From positions 828,501 through 892,500 of the forward strand of contig CAVSGM010000011.1 of assembly GCA_963727485.1 (NCBI GenBank): a stretch of DNA of 64,000 nt, read 5' to 3'. Under the pieces are notes generated by a model. That model was not told where the DNA came from. It made no database searches and saw only the letters and a list, made by a program, of their open reading frames with translations. Of this stretch, positions 55,418 to 64,000 are shown piece after piece. The first letter of the stretch is position 1. The number at the start of each line of letters is the position of its first letter. A program made the position numbers and the translations under genes. The DNA comes from an uncultured delta proteobacterium (GTDB lineage: Bacteria; Myxococcota; Myxococcia; SLRQ01).

Positions 55418-56931
55418 TGCCCGAAGCGACCACCGGACGCGTCATCCTCCTCGCCGACCCCGACGCCGAGGCCACCCGCAGCCTCGCCGCGGCCCTGCGC
55501 GCCCGGGGCCACCGGGTGCTCTCGGTCCGCGACGGCTCCAAGGCCCTGGAGGTGGCGGTGATGCGGGTCCCGGACGTCGTCCTCTACGAGGTCGGCTGCC
55601 CCCTCATCGACCCGCGCACCTTCGCCGAGATCCTCCGGGCCAACCCCCGCACCGCGAGCATCCCGGTGGTGGTGGTGGGCCCGGACGAGACCGCCGACCG
55701 GGCCCGGGGGGGCTTCCGGGACGCGTTCATCCAGAAGCCCTTCAACGTCGACGAGGTCCTGGCGCGGATCCACCAGCTCTTCCGCCGGGCCGAGGCCGCC
55801 GAGGAGGTGAGGCGCGAGGGGAGCCTCAAGGGCGTCCTCGGCGAGGTGAGCCTCCCGGACCTCCTCCAGATGCTGGCGATGAACCGGCGCAGCGGCACCC
55901 TCCACCTCGCCGGAGCCGGGGCCGGGGTCGGAGCCGGGGCCAGGGACGACGACGCCGAGGCCGAGCTCCTCCTCCGGGAGGGGCGGGTCATCGACGCCCG
56001 GGTCGGCGCCGTCGACCGGGAGAAGGCCCTCTACCGGGTCCTGGGATGGCCCCGGGGCAGCTTCACCTTCAACCCGGGGATGCCGTCGGGGCCCGGGCGC
56101 ATCCACCTCTCCATGGACGAGGTCCTCCTCGAGGGGATGCGCCAGCAGGACGAGCTCGCCGCCCTCGAGGGCCGGGCCCCCCGGCGGGACGAGGTCCTGG
56201 CCCTCACCGTCGACCTCGCCCGGCTCCCGGAGGGCCTCCACCCGGTCACCGAGGAGGTCCTCGGCCTCCTCGAGCTCTTCCGCACCGCCGGCGAGGTGGT
56301 GGACAACGCCAAGGCCACCGACCTCGAGGCCATGCGGGCCCTGACCACCCTGGTGGAGCGGGGGATGGTCCGGGTCCTGGGGCGCGCCCCGGCCGAGGGC
56401 GGGGGCCGCCGCCTGGTCGCCCCGGAGGTCGCCTACGCCCTCCACGGCCGCGAGGGGAGCCGGGCCACGGGCCGCCGGCAGGCGACCTTGCGCCTGGTGG
56501 TCTCCGCCGCGTCCCCCGGGGACCTGCGGCGCCTGGTCACCGACCTCGCGGAGATCGAGGGCTGGAAGCCCGAGGCCTCGGGCCACGTCCTCGAGGTGGG
56601 CCTGGGGGCCCTCGGGACCCTGCGCCTCACCGAGGTCCTGGAGGTCGAGCTCATGGCCGTCCCCGCGGACGACAGCCTCTCGCCCCTGTGGCGCCCCTTC
56701 GGGGCCGCGGCCGCCGGCGGCCTGGTCCTCGCCGAGGGGCCCGGGGGCGCCGACGCGGTGGGGCCGCTTGCCCGGTGGCTGGTCGCGGCCGGGCGCCCGG
56801 TGGCGGTGGTGGGCGCCGATCCGGCGCAGGTGGCCGAGGGCGACGGGGTGGTGGGCGCCGACCGGCCCGGGGCGGGCCTCGCCCGGCTCCTCGAGCGGGT
56901 GGCCCGGGCCGCGGGCCGGCGGGCCGCCTAG
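55417..56931 (+). CDS. Atypical receiver - PATAN (DUF4388) protein with a C-terminal pseudo-GTPase-like region
   Basis: The REC-like region is VILLADPD ... DVVLYEVGCP (Glu at the phospho-acceptor position) ... IQKPF. The DUF4388 signature is GEVSLPDLLQMLAMNRRSGTLHL ... GRVIDARVG ... ALYRVLGWPRGSFTF. ATG 55417 overlaps the preceding stop. Confidence 0.75.
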   Translation: MPEATTGRVILLADPDAEATRSLAAALRARGHRVLSVRDGSKALEVAVMRVPDVVLYEVGCPLIDPRTFAEILRANPRTASIPVVVVGPDETADRARGGFRDAFIQKPFNVDEVLARIHQLFRRAEAAEEVRREGSLKGVLGEVSLPDLLQMLAMNRRSGTLHLAGAGAGVGAGARDDDAEAELLLREGRVIDARVGAVDREKALYRVLGWPRGSFTFNPGMPSGPGRIHLSMDEVLLEGMRQQDELAALEGRAPRRDEVLALTVDLARLPEGLHPVTEEVLGLLELFRTAGEVVDNAKATDLEAMRALTTLVERGMVRVLGRAPAEGGGRRLVAPEVAYALHGREGSRATGRRQATLRLVVSAASPGDLRRLVTDLAEIEGWKPEASGHVLEVGLGALGTLRLTEVLEVELMAVPADDSLSPLWRPFGAAAAGGLVLAEGPGGADAVGPLARWLVAAGRPVAVVGADPAQVAEGDGVVGADRPGAGLARLLERVARAAGRRAA

Positions 56932-56953
56932 GCGAGCCCGAAGGGCCGGGGGC

Positions 56954-57295
56954 CTACCCCTCGGTGGCCCCGGCGTCCCGGAGCAGGGGCCCGAGGCGCG
57001 GGGAGTCGAGGAGGAGGTCGAACTCCTCCCGGGAGAGCCAGGTGGTCCGGGAGGCCCGGACGTCGGGGAGGTCGATCTGGACCCGCACCGCCCCGCTCTC
57101 GGCGCAGCGCTCCACCGACACCGACCGGGGCCGGGCGTCGTCGAGGAGGTCCGCCTCCAGGCTCTCGAGCTGGCGGTGGATCCGCAGCGCCCGCCGGCCC
57201 TCGGGGGCCGAGAAGGTCGCGTAGTGCCGGTTGCGCGAGAGGGGCGCGCCCGGAGCCCGGAGCCGTCGCACGATGCGGTACACGAGGCGGTTCAC
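56954..57295 (-). CDS. Hypothetical protein (113 aa)
   Basis: This is the 3' end of the 56954..58723 ORF, with GTG 57295 as a tentative start. The text VNRLVYRIVRRLRAPGAPLSRNRHYATFSAPEGRRALRIHRQLESLE looks coding. The upstream part of the ORF is antisense to the TPR lipoprotein gene. Confidence 0.35.
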   Translation of the reverse strand: MNRLVYRIVRRLRAPGAPLSRNRHYATFSAPEGRRALRIHRQLESLEADLLDDARPRSVSVERCAESGAVRVQIDLPDVRASRTTWLSREEFDLLLDSPRLGPLLRDAGATEG

Positions 57296-57355
57296 GCCCC
57301 GAAGATAGCACCGGGTCCCGGCCCCGGGCCACGGCTGGGGGCGTCCCCCCCGTGG

Positions 57356-57384
57356 TTGCCCGAGCGGGGTGGGGCAGGTAGAAC
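57356..57384 (+). promoter_or_regulatory. Promoter TTGCCC-N17-TAGAAC, 7 nt upstream of GTG 57392
   Basis: The hexamers lie at 57356-57361 and 57379-57384. Confidence 0.45.
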
Positions 57385-57391
57385 GGGGACC

Positions 57392-58726
57392 GTGCGGGCC
57401 AGAAGACTCCTCGTCGTCGCCCTCGCGGCGCTCCTCCTCGGCGGCTGCAACCAGGTGAAGGACCTCCTGGGGATGGGGCCGACCCCGGCCGAGCAGGCCA
57501 AGACGGCGATCCACCAGGGCGACGCCGCCCTCACCGCCCAGCGCTACGACGCCGCCGAGGCCGCCTACAAGAAGGTGCTGCGCCTCAAGCCCCGCGACCC
57601 CCGGGCCACCTATGGCCTGGCGCTGGTCTACTCGGGCCGGGGCGAGGAGGCCCGGGCCACCCTCGAGCTCCAGCAGGTGGTGTTCCTGGCCCCCAGGAAC
57701 CCGGCGCCCCGGGTGACCCTGGGCGAGCTCTACCTGCGCATCGGCCACCCGAACCTCGCCGCCAAGGCCTTCCGGGACGCCGCCCGCCTCGACCCCTCGG
57801 ACTACGGGGTCAAGGAGCAGCTCATCCGGTCCCTGCTCCGCGCCGGCGACCTCGACGAGGCGGCGCGCCTCGCCGGGAGCCTCTACGACGCCAAGCCCAC
57901 CGACGACGCGGTGCGCGCGGTCCACGCCCTGGTCCTCGCCGCCCAGGGGAAGGCCCAGGCGGCCCGGCCCATCCTCGAGGCCGCCGCCAAGGACTCCCCG
58001 GGCCCGGGCCCGGCCCGGGACCTGGGGCGCTTCCTCCTCCAGCAGGACGACGCCGCCGGGGCCGCCGACGCCTTCCGCCTCGCGGTGAAGAAGGGCGGCA
58101 AGGACCCGGTCACCGTGCGGCTCCTCGCCGCGGCCCTCATCGAAGCCAGCCGGCCCTCCGAGGCCGCCGACGCCCTGGCCCCCCTGGTCAAGCAGCGCCC
58201 CAAGGACGCGGTGACCCTCGCCGCCTACTCCCGGGCGCTCGTCGCCGGGGGGCGCAACGACGCCGCCCTCGACGCCGCCCAGAAGGCCGTCGCCCTCGAC
58301 CCCAAGCTCGCCGACGCCCACCTCGCCCGGGGCGAGGCCCTCGAGGCCAAGGGGAGTCTCGACGCCGCGGTGGGCGCCTACGACGCGGCGGCCACCGACG
58401 CCCCCGGCGACATCGAGGTCTACCGGCGCCAGGCGGGCCTCTTCGAGAAGCTGGGCCGCGACTCCGACGCCATCGACGCCCTGCGCCGGCTGGTCTCCAT
58501 CGATCCCGCCGACAAGCGCGGGCAGCGCTCCCTGGCCGAGCTCTACGCCAAGAGCCCGGACCACGCCGAGGACGGCCTGCGCATCGTCCGCCACCTGCTG
58601 GAGGAGGACCCGGGGACGCCGGCGCTGCTCACCCTCAAGCACACCCTCGAGGAGCAGGCGCGCAAGGCGCCCCGACATCGGGCGGAGGAGCACCACGGCG
58701 TGGTGATCATGCGCGGCGGGCACTGA
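57392..58726 (+). CDS. TPR-repeat lipoprotein
   Basis: The start is GTG 57392, 7 nt after TTGCCC-N17-TAGAAC. The lipobox is LLLGGC. Multiple TPR units follow, for example AEAAYKKVLRLKPRDPRATYGLALVY. Confidence 0.75.
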   Translation: MRARRLLVVALAALLLGGCNQVKDLLGMGPTPAEQAKTAIHQGDAALTAQRYDAAEAAYKKVLRLKPRDPRATYGLALVYSGRGEEARATLELQQVVFLAPRNPAPRVTLGELYLRIGHPNLAAKAFRDAARLDPSDYGVKEQLIRSLLRAGDLDEAARLAGSLYDAKPTDDAVRAVHALVLAAQGKAQAARPILEAAAKDSPGPGPARDLGRFLLQQDDAAGAADAFRLAVKKGGKDPVTVRLLAAALIEASRPSEAADALAPLVKQRPKDAVTLAAYSRALVAGGRNDAALDAAQKAVALDPKLADAHLARGEALEAKGSLDAAVGAYDAAATDAPGDIEVYRRQAGLFEKLGRDSDAIDALRRLVSIDPADKRGQRSLAELYAKSPDHAEDGLRIVRHLLEEDPGTPALLTLKHTLEEQARKAPRHRAEEHHGVVIMRGGH

Positions 58727-58768
58727 CCGGGCGCCGGGGCCGGCCAGGTGCCTCCGCCCCGGCCGGCT

Positions 58769-60055
58769 TCACCCCCGCCGGTGCATCCACCGGCCCCCCT
58801 CGAGGGCCCGGCGCGTCTGGGTCGCCGAGGGGTGGCCCACCACCACCGCCACCATCCGGTCCTGGCGCAGCCAGGTCGAGGCGACCCGGTGGACGTCCTC
58901 GGCGGTGACCGCCTCCACCGCGGCGACCCGGGCCTCGAGGTCCAGGGGCCCGTGGACCATCTCACCCTCGCCGAACCACCCGGCGAGGTCGGTGACCGAG
59001 TCGGCCATGAACTCCAGGCCGAAGCGGTGCCGCGCCCGGGCGCGCTCGAGCTCGTCGGTGTCGGGGGGCGCGGCGCCGAGGTCGCCGAGGATCCCGAAGA
59101 GGGTCTCCACCAGCTCCGGGACGTTCTTCGGGGCCACGGTGGCGTCGAGCTCCAGGAGGCCGGCGTCGGTGAAGGTCTCGAGCTCGGCGCCCACCGAGTA
59201 GGCGAGCCCGGTCTGCTCCACCACCCGGCGCTGGAGCCTCGAGGCGAGGCCGTCGTCGAGGATCCGGTGGAGGACCAGGAGCACCGGGAAGTCCGGGTGG
59301 GCCTCGGGGACCGCCGGGAAGGTGAGGCGCAGCCAGGTCTGGCTCTCCTCGTGGTCGACCAGGCGGATCACCGGCTCCGGGGGGAAGGCCGGCGCCGGCG
59401 GGGAGGTGGCGACCTCGCCCCGGGGGAGGCTCCCGAAGGCCTCGCTCGCGGCGTCGACCACCGCCGCGCGCTCCACCGGCCCGGCGACCACCACCGCGAG
59501 GTTGGCGGCGCCGTAGCTCTTCGCGTGGTGGGCCCGGAGGTCCGCCTCGGTGAGCCGGGAGACGGTGCGGTCGGTGCCGGCGATGGGCATCCCCAGGGGG
59601 TGGCCTTCGAAGACCACGGCCTTGGAGAGGGTGTCCACGTCGATGACCCGCCCGTCCTCGTCGACCTCGTCGAGGATCTCCTCGCGGATCACCCGGCGCT
59701 CGAGGTCCACCTCCTTGATCAGGGGCGCCCCGAGCATGGCCCCGGTGACCGCCAGGGCCTGGGCCACCCCCGAGGGGTGGACGGTGGCGTAGTAGCACCC
59801 GTGGTCCCGGGCGGTGACGGCGTTGAGGCTGCCGCCGACCCGCTCGAGGACGGTGTTGAGGACGGCCGAGTCGGGGAAGCGCTCGCAGCCCCGGAAGAAG
59901 ATGTGCTCCAGGAAGTGGGAGACGCCGTTGACCTTCGGGGTCTCGTGGCGCGAGCCGGTGCCCACGTACACGGCGACCATCGCCGAGTGGAGGTGGGGGG
60001 CGGGGACGGTGATGACCCGCAGGCCGTTGTCGAGGACGTCGCGGTGGGCGCGCAT
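58769..60055 (-). CDS. M16 family (pitrilysin/insulinase-like) zinc peptidase
   Basis: The inverted zinc motif is HFLEH, within GVSHFLEHIFFRG. The two-domain length is 428 aa. Confidence 0.85.
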   Translation of the reverse strand: MRAHRDVLDNGLRVITVPAPHLHSAMVAVYVGTGSRHETPKVNGVSHFLEHIFFRGCERFPDSAVLNTVLERVGGSLNAVTARDHGCYYATVHPSGVAQALAVTGAMLGAPLIKEVDLERRVIREEILDEVDEDGRVIDVDTLSKAVVFEGHPLGMPIAGTDRTVSRLTEADLRAHHAKSYGAANLAVVVAGPVERAAVVDAASEAFGSLPRGEVATSPPAPAFPPEPVIRLVDHEESQTWLRLTFPAVPEAHPDFPVLLVLHRILDDGLASRLQRRVVEQTGLAYSVGAELETFTDAGLLELDATVAPKNVPELVETLFGILGDLGAAPPDTDELERARARHRFGLEFMADSVTDLAGWFGEGEMVHGPLDLEARVAAVEAVTAEDVHRVASTWLRQDRMVAVVVGHPSATQTRRALEGGRWMHRRG

Positions 60056-60076
60056 GAGGGAGCCGGAGGCGGCGAT

Positions 60077-60886
60077 CTACGCCGGGTCCGCGTCGGGTGC
60101 AACGGGGGCGCCGACCACCGGGAGGTCGAAGCGCACGGTGGTGCCCTCGCCGACCCGGCTCTCGATGGTGACCTCGCCGCCGTGGGCCTCGATGATCCGG
60201 CGGACGATGGCCAGCCCGGCGCCGATCCCGCCGAAGGCCCGGGTGGGGGAGCCGTCGACCTGGTAGAAGGGCTCGAAGACCCGGGCCAGCTCCGCCTCGG
60301 GGATGCCCATCCCGGTGTCGGCGACCGCGACGACCACCCGATCCCGGCCGGGGTCGTGCCGGGCCTCGAGGCGGACGGTGCGCCCGGGCGGGGTGAACTT
60401 CAGGGCGTTCTTCACCAGGTTCTCGAGGACGATGCGCACCAGGCGCCGGTCGGCCCGGACCTGGGGGAGGCCGGGGGGGACGTCCTCCTCGACCCGGAGC
60501 GACTTCTCGTCGAGGTGGAGGCGGTAGTCGTCGAGGACCCGGTGCGCCACCGTCCCCACCGCGAAGGGCTCCATGAACGGCTGGATGGCGTCGACCTGGA
60601 GGCGGCTGAGGTTGAGCAGGTCGTCGATGAGGGACGAGAGCCGCAGGGCGTTGCGCAGCACCACCTCCAGGGCCCGGGCGAGCTCGTCGGGGAGCTCGCC
60701 GAGCTCGCGGCCGCTGGCCATCTCCACGTAGCCGATGATGGTCACCAGGGGGGTCCGCAGCTCGTGGGAGACGTTGGAGAGGATCTGGCTCCGGGCGGCG
60801 TCGAGGGTCTTGAGGGCCCGGTTGGCTTCCTCGAGCTCCCGGGCGTAGGCCTCGAGGTCGGCGGGGGGCTTTCGGGCGTCGGTCAT
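60077..60886 (-). CDS. Soluble histidine kinase (HisKA-HATPase_c)
   Basis: The H-box is NVSHELRTPL. The N/G boxes are VLENLVKNALKF, DTGMGI and GAGLAIV. There is no TM or sensor domain. The start overlaps the upstream kinase's stop by 4 nt. Confidence 0.85.
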   Translation of the reverse strand: MTDARKPPADLEAYARELEEANRALKTLDAARSQILSNVSHELRTPLVTIIGYVEMASGRELGELPDELARALEVVLRNALRLSSLIDDLLNLSRLQVDAIQPFMEPFAVGTVAHRVLDDYRLHLDEKSLRVEEDVPPGLPQVRADRRLVRIVLENLVKNALKFTPPGRTVRLEARHDPGRDRVVVAVADTGMGIPEAELARVFEPFYQVDGSPTRAFGGIGAGLAIVRRIIEAHGGEVTIESRVGEGTTVRFDLPVVGAPVAPDADPA

Positions 60887-62520
60887 CGGGCACCTCCCCC
60901 CAGGGCGGTGGCGGGATCTCCGGCTTCCACCGGGATCGGGTCATCGGGTCCGGCGGCCGGGCGCGCCGGGGCGGCGGCCCGGGGCAGCTCGATGCGGAAG
61001 CGGGTGCCGGCGCCGAGCTCGCTCTCGCAGCGGATGGTCCCCTGGTGCTCGGCGACGATCTGCTGGGTGAGGGCGAGGCCGAGGCCGGTGCCCCGCTCCT
61101 TGGTGGAGTAGAAGGGGTCGAAGATGCGCTCCCGGTCCGCGTCGGGGATCCCGGGGCCGGTGTCGGCGACCGAGACCGCCACCCGGTCGTCGCCTGCGGC
61201 CTCGGCGCGGACGGTGAGGGTGCCGCCGCCGGCCATGGCCTCCCGGGCGTTGCGCAGGAGGTTGAGGAGCGCCCGGCGCAGCTGCCCCTCGTCGGCGAGG
61301 ACGAAGAGCCCCGCGTCGATCTCCGGGACCACGGTGATGCCCGCGGCGCCCAGCTCCCCGGCGGTGAAGGAGAGCACGCCTCGGACCAGGGCCCCGAGGT
61401 CCTCGGTGGCCAGCGCCGGCCGGGGCATCCGGGCGAAGCGCAGGTACTCCTCGGTGATGTCGGTGAGCCGGTCGACCTCCTTGGCGATGGCGGCGAGCAG
61501 CGCCCGGGCCTCCTCGGCGTGGGCCGGGTCGTCGAAGCGGGCGGCGGTGAGCTCGTCGGCCATGAGCTCGGCGTTGAGGCCGATGGAGGAGAGGGGGTTT
61601 CGGATCTCGTGGGAGACCTGGGCGGCCATCCGGCCCACGGCGGCGAGGCGCTCGGCGCGCAGCAGGGCGGTGCGCTTGGCGTCGAGCTCGGCCTCCCGGT
61701 CGGCGAGGCCCCGGGCCATGGCGTTGAACTCCCGGGCGAGATCGCCGACCTCGTCGTCGGAGTGGACCTCCACCCGGCGCTGGTAGTTCCCCCGGCGCAC
61801 GTCGGCGACGCCCTCGGTGAGGCGGCGCACCGGCCGGAGGGTCCGCTGGACGAAGACGGTGACGAACAGCGCCACCAGGACCGCGAAGAGGGACAGGCCC
61901 ATGATCGCCAGCGCCGCCCGATCCTCCTCGGTCTGGGCCCGGGTCACCTGCTCGCCGACCTTCAGGTCGAGGGTGCGGCCGAGCTCCTTGAGCTCCCGGC
62001 CCACCCGGCGCTCCATCCGGCGCAGGGCGCCGGTGCGGGTGGCGAGGCGCGGATCGGCGGTCTTCCCCCGGCTGGCCTCGAGGGCGGCGTAGAGGTTGTC
62101 GGCGGCCTGGTCATAGCCGTCGTAGAGCTTCTCGAGGCGCGCGAGGCGCAGGTCCACCTCGTCGAGGTAGGCGGCCTCGGCGGGCCCGGCTGCCAGCGAC
62201 CGGCCCCGGCGCGCCAGCTTCCGGCCCAGCGCCAGCTTCTCCCGGACCAGCTTGGGGTAGCGCAGGCGGAAGAGGGTGATGAGGGTGGTCTGCATCCGCC
62301 GGTCCTGCTCCAGGAGGAGCGTGGTGTCCCGGCCCCGCTGCTCCTGGTAGCTCTCGAGCTGGGTCGCCACCTGGGTGAGGGGCAGGTAGGTCCCGGTGAT
62401 GAGCTCGAGCTCCCGGCCGATGGCCCGGAGGTGGACCACCGAGTAGATGGACACCAGGCCGAAGGTCACCACGACCACGGCGAGGCCCAGGAAGATCTTG
62501 GTGGTCACCGAGAGCCGCAC
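60883..62520 (-). CDS. Membrane sensor histidine kinase (2 TM - HAMP - HisKA - HATPase_c)
   Basis: The start is GTG 62520, 7 nt after a TAGCCT -10 box. The TM helices are IFLGLAVVVVTFGLVSIY and LAIMGLSLFAVLVALFVTVFV. Other motifs are the HAMP segment DEVGDLAREFNAM, the H-box QVSHEIRNPL, and DTGPGI and GTGLGLAL. Confidence 0.85.
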   Translation of the reverse strand: MRLSVTTKIFLGLAVVVVTFGLVSIYSVVHLRAIGRELELITGTYLPLTQVATQLESYQEQRGRDTTLLLEQDRRMQTTLITLFRLRYPKLVREKLALGRKLARRGRSLAAGPAEAAYLDEVDLRLARLEKLYDGYDQAADNLYAALEASRGKTADPRLATRTGALRRMERRVGRELKELGRTLDLKVGEQVTRAQTEEDRAALAIMGLSLFAVLVALFVTVFVQRTLRPVRRLTEGVADVRRGNYQRRVEVHSDDEVGDLAREFNAMARGLADREAELDAKRTALLRAERLAAVGRMAAQVSHEIRNPLSSIGLNAELMADELTAARFDDPAHAEEARALLAAIAKEVDRLTDITEEYLRFARMPRPALATEDLGALVRGVLSFTAGELGAAGITVVPEIDAGLFVLADEGQLRRALLNLLRNAREAMAGGGTLTVRAEAAGDDRVAVSVADTGPGIPDADRERIFDPFYSTKERGTGLGLALTQQIVAEHQGTIRCESELGAGTRFRIELPRAAAPARPAAGPDDPIPVEAGDPATALGGGAR

Positions 62521-62612
62521 GGCCCGTAGGCTACACCCCGGGCGCCCCGCCTGCACCCGGTGCCGACCGTGCCAGGAGGTGAGGTAACTCCGCGTCACCA
62601 TTGGAGGTCGTC

Positions 62613-62642
62613 TTGACCCCCCGAAATGGCGCGTGCTAGCGT
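62613..62642 (+). promoter_or_regulatory. Promoter TTGACC-N18-TAGCGT upstream of the PEGA gene (about 40-nt leader)
   Basis: The hexamers lie at 62613-62618 and 62637-62642. Confidence 0.4.
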
Positions 62643-62682
62643 CCCGGGTTTGTTCAACTGCCCCTGTCGCCTGGTGTCCCAC

Positions 62683-64000
62683 ATGCGCGCGCACCTCCCG
62701 ATCGTCGCCCTCGTCGGCCTCGTCGCCGGCCTGGCCCTGCCGTCCCCGGCCTGGGCCGCGCCCAAGGTCTACGTGGCCCCCTACGCCCCGGTGAACCACA
62801 GCCTCCCCGCCGCCTTCGGGGTGCGCACCGCGAGGCTCATCTCCGGGGAGCTCAAGGCCCAGAAGAAGGTCGAGGTCGTCGACGGCCCCTCGGTCACCGC
62901 GGCCGGCGGGGCCAGGCCCCTGGACGCCCGGGCCCAGGCCAAGGCCATCGGTGAGGCCGAGCGCCAGGCGTCGAAGGCCGACGCGGCGATGAAGCGGCTC
63001 CGGTTCAAGGCGGCGGTGAAGCGCTACCGCAAGGCGCTGGCCGACTACGAGAAGAACCTCGTCTACCTCGACGACTTCAGCCGCCTGGTGGACACCCGGG
63101 TGGACCTGGCGGTGGCGCTCTTCCGCACCCACCAGGAGAACGAGGGCGAGCACCTCCTCGCCGAGGTCATCGCCCTCGACCCGGACAAGAAGCTCGATCC
63201 CCAGAAGTACCCGCCGCTCTTCCGGCGCACCTACCAGGCGATCCGCAAGAAGCTGCTCTCCCTGACCCGCTGCGCCTCGAGCGTGGTCTCGACCCCCGCC
63301 GGCGCCGAGGTGTTCTTCGACGGGAAGCAGGTGGGCAAGACCCCGCTGCTCCTCAAGAACATGGTCCGCGGGCTCCACTTCGTGAAGGTGGTGGCGCCGG
63401 GGGCGGCGCCCTACGCCAGCCAAATCCACGCCAGCCCCGCCTCGGTGGCCAAGGTCGACGCCTCGCTGGCCGGCTCGATCTCCGGGCCCGCCGCCGATCT
63501 CGTCGACCGCATGGCCCGGGGGCGCATCGACCGCCGGGTGCTGAAGACCCTCGGGCGCCTCGCCTCCAAGGCCGGCGCCGACTACGCCATCATCGGCGGG
63601 GTGCGCCGGGCCTCGGACGCCTACGCGGTGCGCAGCTGGATCTACGACGTCCACCACCAGAAGCTCGCCGAGCTCCCGGACATGAGCTTCGACGTGGACA
63701 TGCTCGGGGCGGCCATCGAGGTCTACAAGGGCGCGGCGAAGATCGCCGACGCGGTGTCGAGCTTCCCCGAGCCGGTGGAGCTCCCGGTGACCCTCTTCCC
63801 CGGCGCCTCCCGGCCCCACGAGCACCTCTCCGAGGTGGACGTGGGTCCGGCCCAGGCCTCCCCCGAGGTGGCCGCCGCGCCGCCGCCGAAGCCCGCGGCG
63901 ACGGTGGCGATCTCCGAGCCCACGGTGCACCCGGCGCGGCACGGCTCCGGGCCGGTGCAGCCGGCGTCCGGTCCCGTCCAGCCGGCGTCCGGTCCCGTCC
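62683..64000 (+). CDS. PEGA domain protein, secreted (3' end outside the window)
   Basis: The ORF is open from ATG 62683 to the window end and is not in the ORF track because it has no stop. The signal peptide is MRAHLPIVALVGLVAGLALPSPAWA. The PEGA segment is SSVVSTPAGAEVFFDGKQVGKTPLLLKNMVRGLHFVKV. GPVQPAS repeats occur at the window edge. Confidence 0.7.
   Translation, partial: MRAHLPIVALVGLVAGLALPSPAWAAPKVYVAPYAPVNHSLPAAFGVRTARLISGELKAQKKVEVVDGPSVTAAGGARPLDARAQAKAIGEAERQASKADAAMKRLRFKAAVKRYRKALADYEKNLVYLDDFSRLVDTRVDLAVALFRTHQENEGEHLLAEVIALDPDKKLDPQKYPPLFRRTYQAIRKKLLSLTRCASSVVSTPAGAEVFFDGKQVGKTPLLLKNMVRGLHFVKVVAPGAAPYASQIHASPASVAKVDASLAGSISGPAADLVDRMARGRIDRRVLKTLGRLASKAGADYAIIGGVRRASDAYAVRSWIYDVHHQKLAELPDMSFDVDMLGAAIEVYKGAAKIADAVSSFPEPVELPVTLFPGASRPHEHLSEVDVGPAQASPEVAAAPPPKPAATVAISEPTVHPARHGSGPVQPASGPVQPASGPV
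63943..64000 (+). repeat. 21-bp in-frame tandem repeat at the window edge
   Basis: The unit cagccggcgtccggtcccgtc occurs at 63958 and 63979, with a related copy just before. It encodes GPVQPAS units. The array may continue beyond the window. Confidence 0.7.

Overview
This is a high-GC bacterial chromosomal segment, about 70% G+C by eye with strong GC3 codon bias. I call about 62 protein-coding genes and found no rRNA, tRNA or CRISPR array. The gene content suggests a Myxococcota-type deltaproteobacterium, but that is inference only. The evidence is two eukaryotic-like Ser/Thr kinases, three PEGA-domain proteins, a PATAN/DUF4388 response regulator, PilZ and GGDEF proteins, many TPR proteins, an extra Hsp70 with a J-protein, and a giant coiled-coil protein.

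Housekeeping content:
- hslU (3' part)
- argB-argD-argF and argG
- miaE, coaE, engB, dapF
- a thiolase
- a tdk / upp-like / hpt nucleotide-salvage cluster
- c-type cytochromes with a ResB-like protein

The only mobile DNA is a decayed, internally deleted IS481-family transposase remnant in a convergent intergenic gap.

Points worth a second look:
1. A ~1360-codon Ala/Glu/Arg coiled-coil gene has in-frame 33-, 36- and 42-bp tandem repeats and a degenerate methyltransferase-like head. It is followed by a gene for a membrane-anchored protein with CarboxypepD_reg repeats and a PDZ domain.
2. A GlmL/MutL-family gene is broken by at least five frameshifts. It sits next to an intact conserved partner gene of unknown function.
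3. Four other genes have single frame breaks, all at short G/C runs.
4. Promoter -10 boxes recur only 6-11 nt upstream of start codons with no Shine-Dalgarno sequence. This implies many leaderless mRNAs.
5. A response-regulator pair: REC-GAF-degenerate GGDEF with an intact I-site, and an atypical REC-PATAN protein with a pseudo-GTPase-like tail.
6. A Ser/Thr kinase carries a C-terminal ribbon-helix-helix-like tail.

Many very long ORFs in the six-frame track are antisense or off-frame shadows of real genes, which is typical of high-GC DNA, and I rejected them. All family assignments come from reading motifs by eye; no database search was run.
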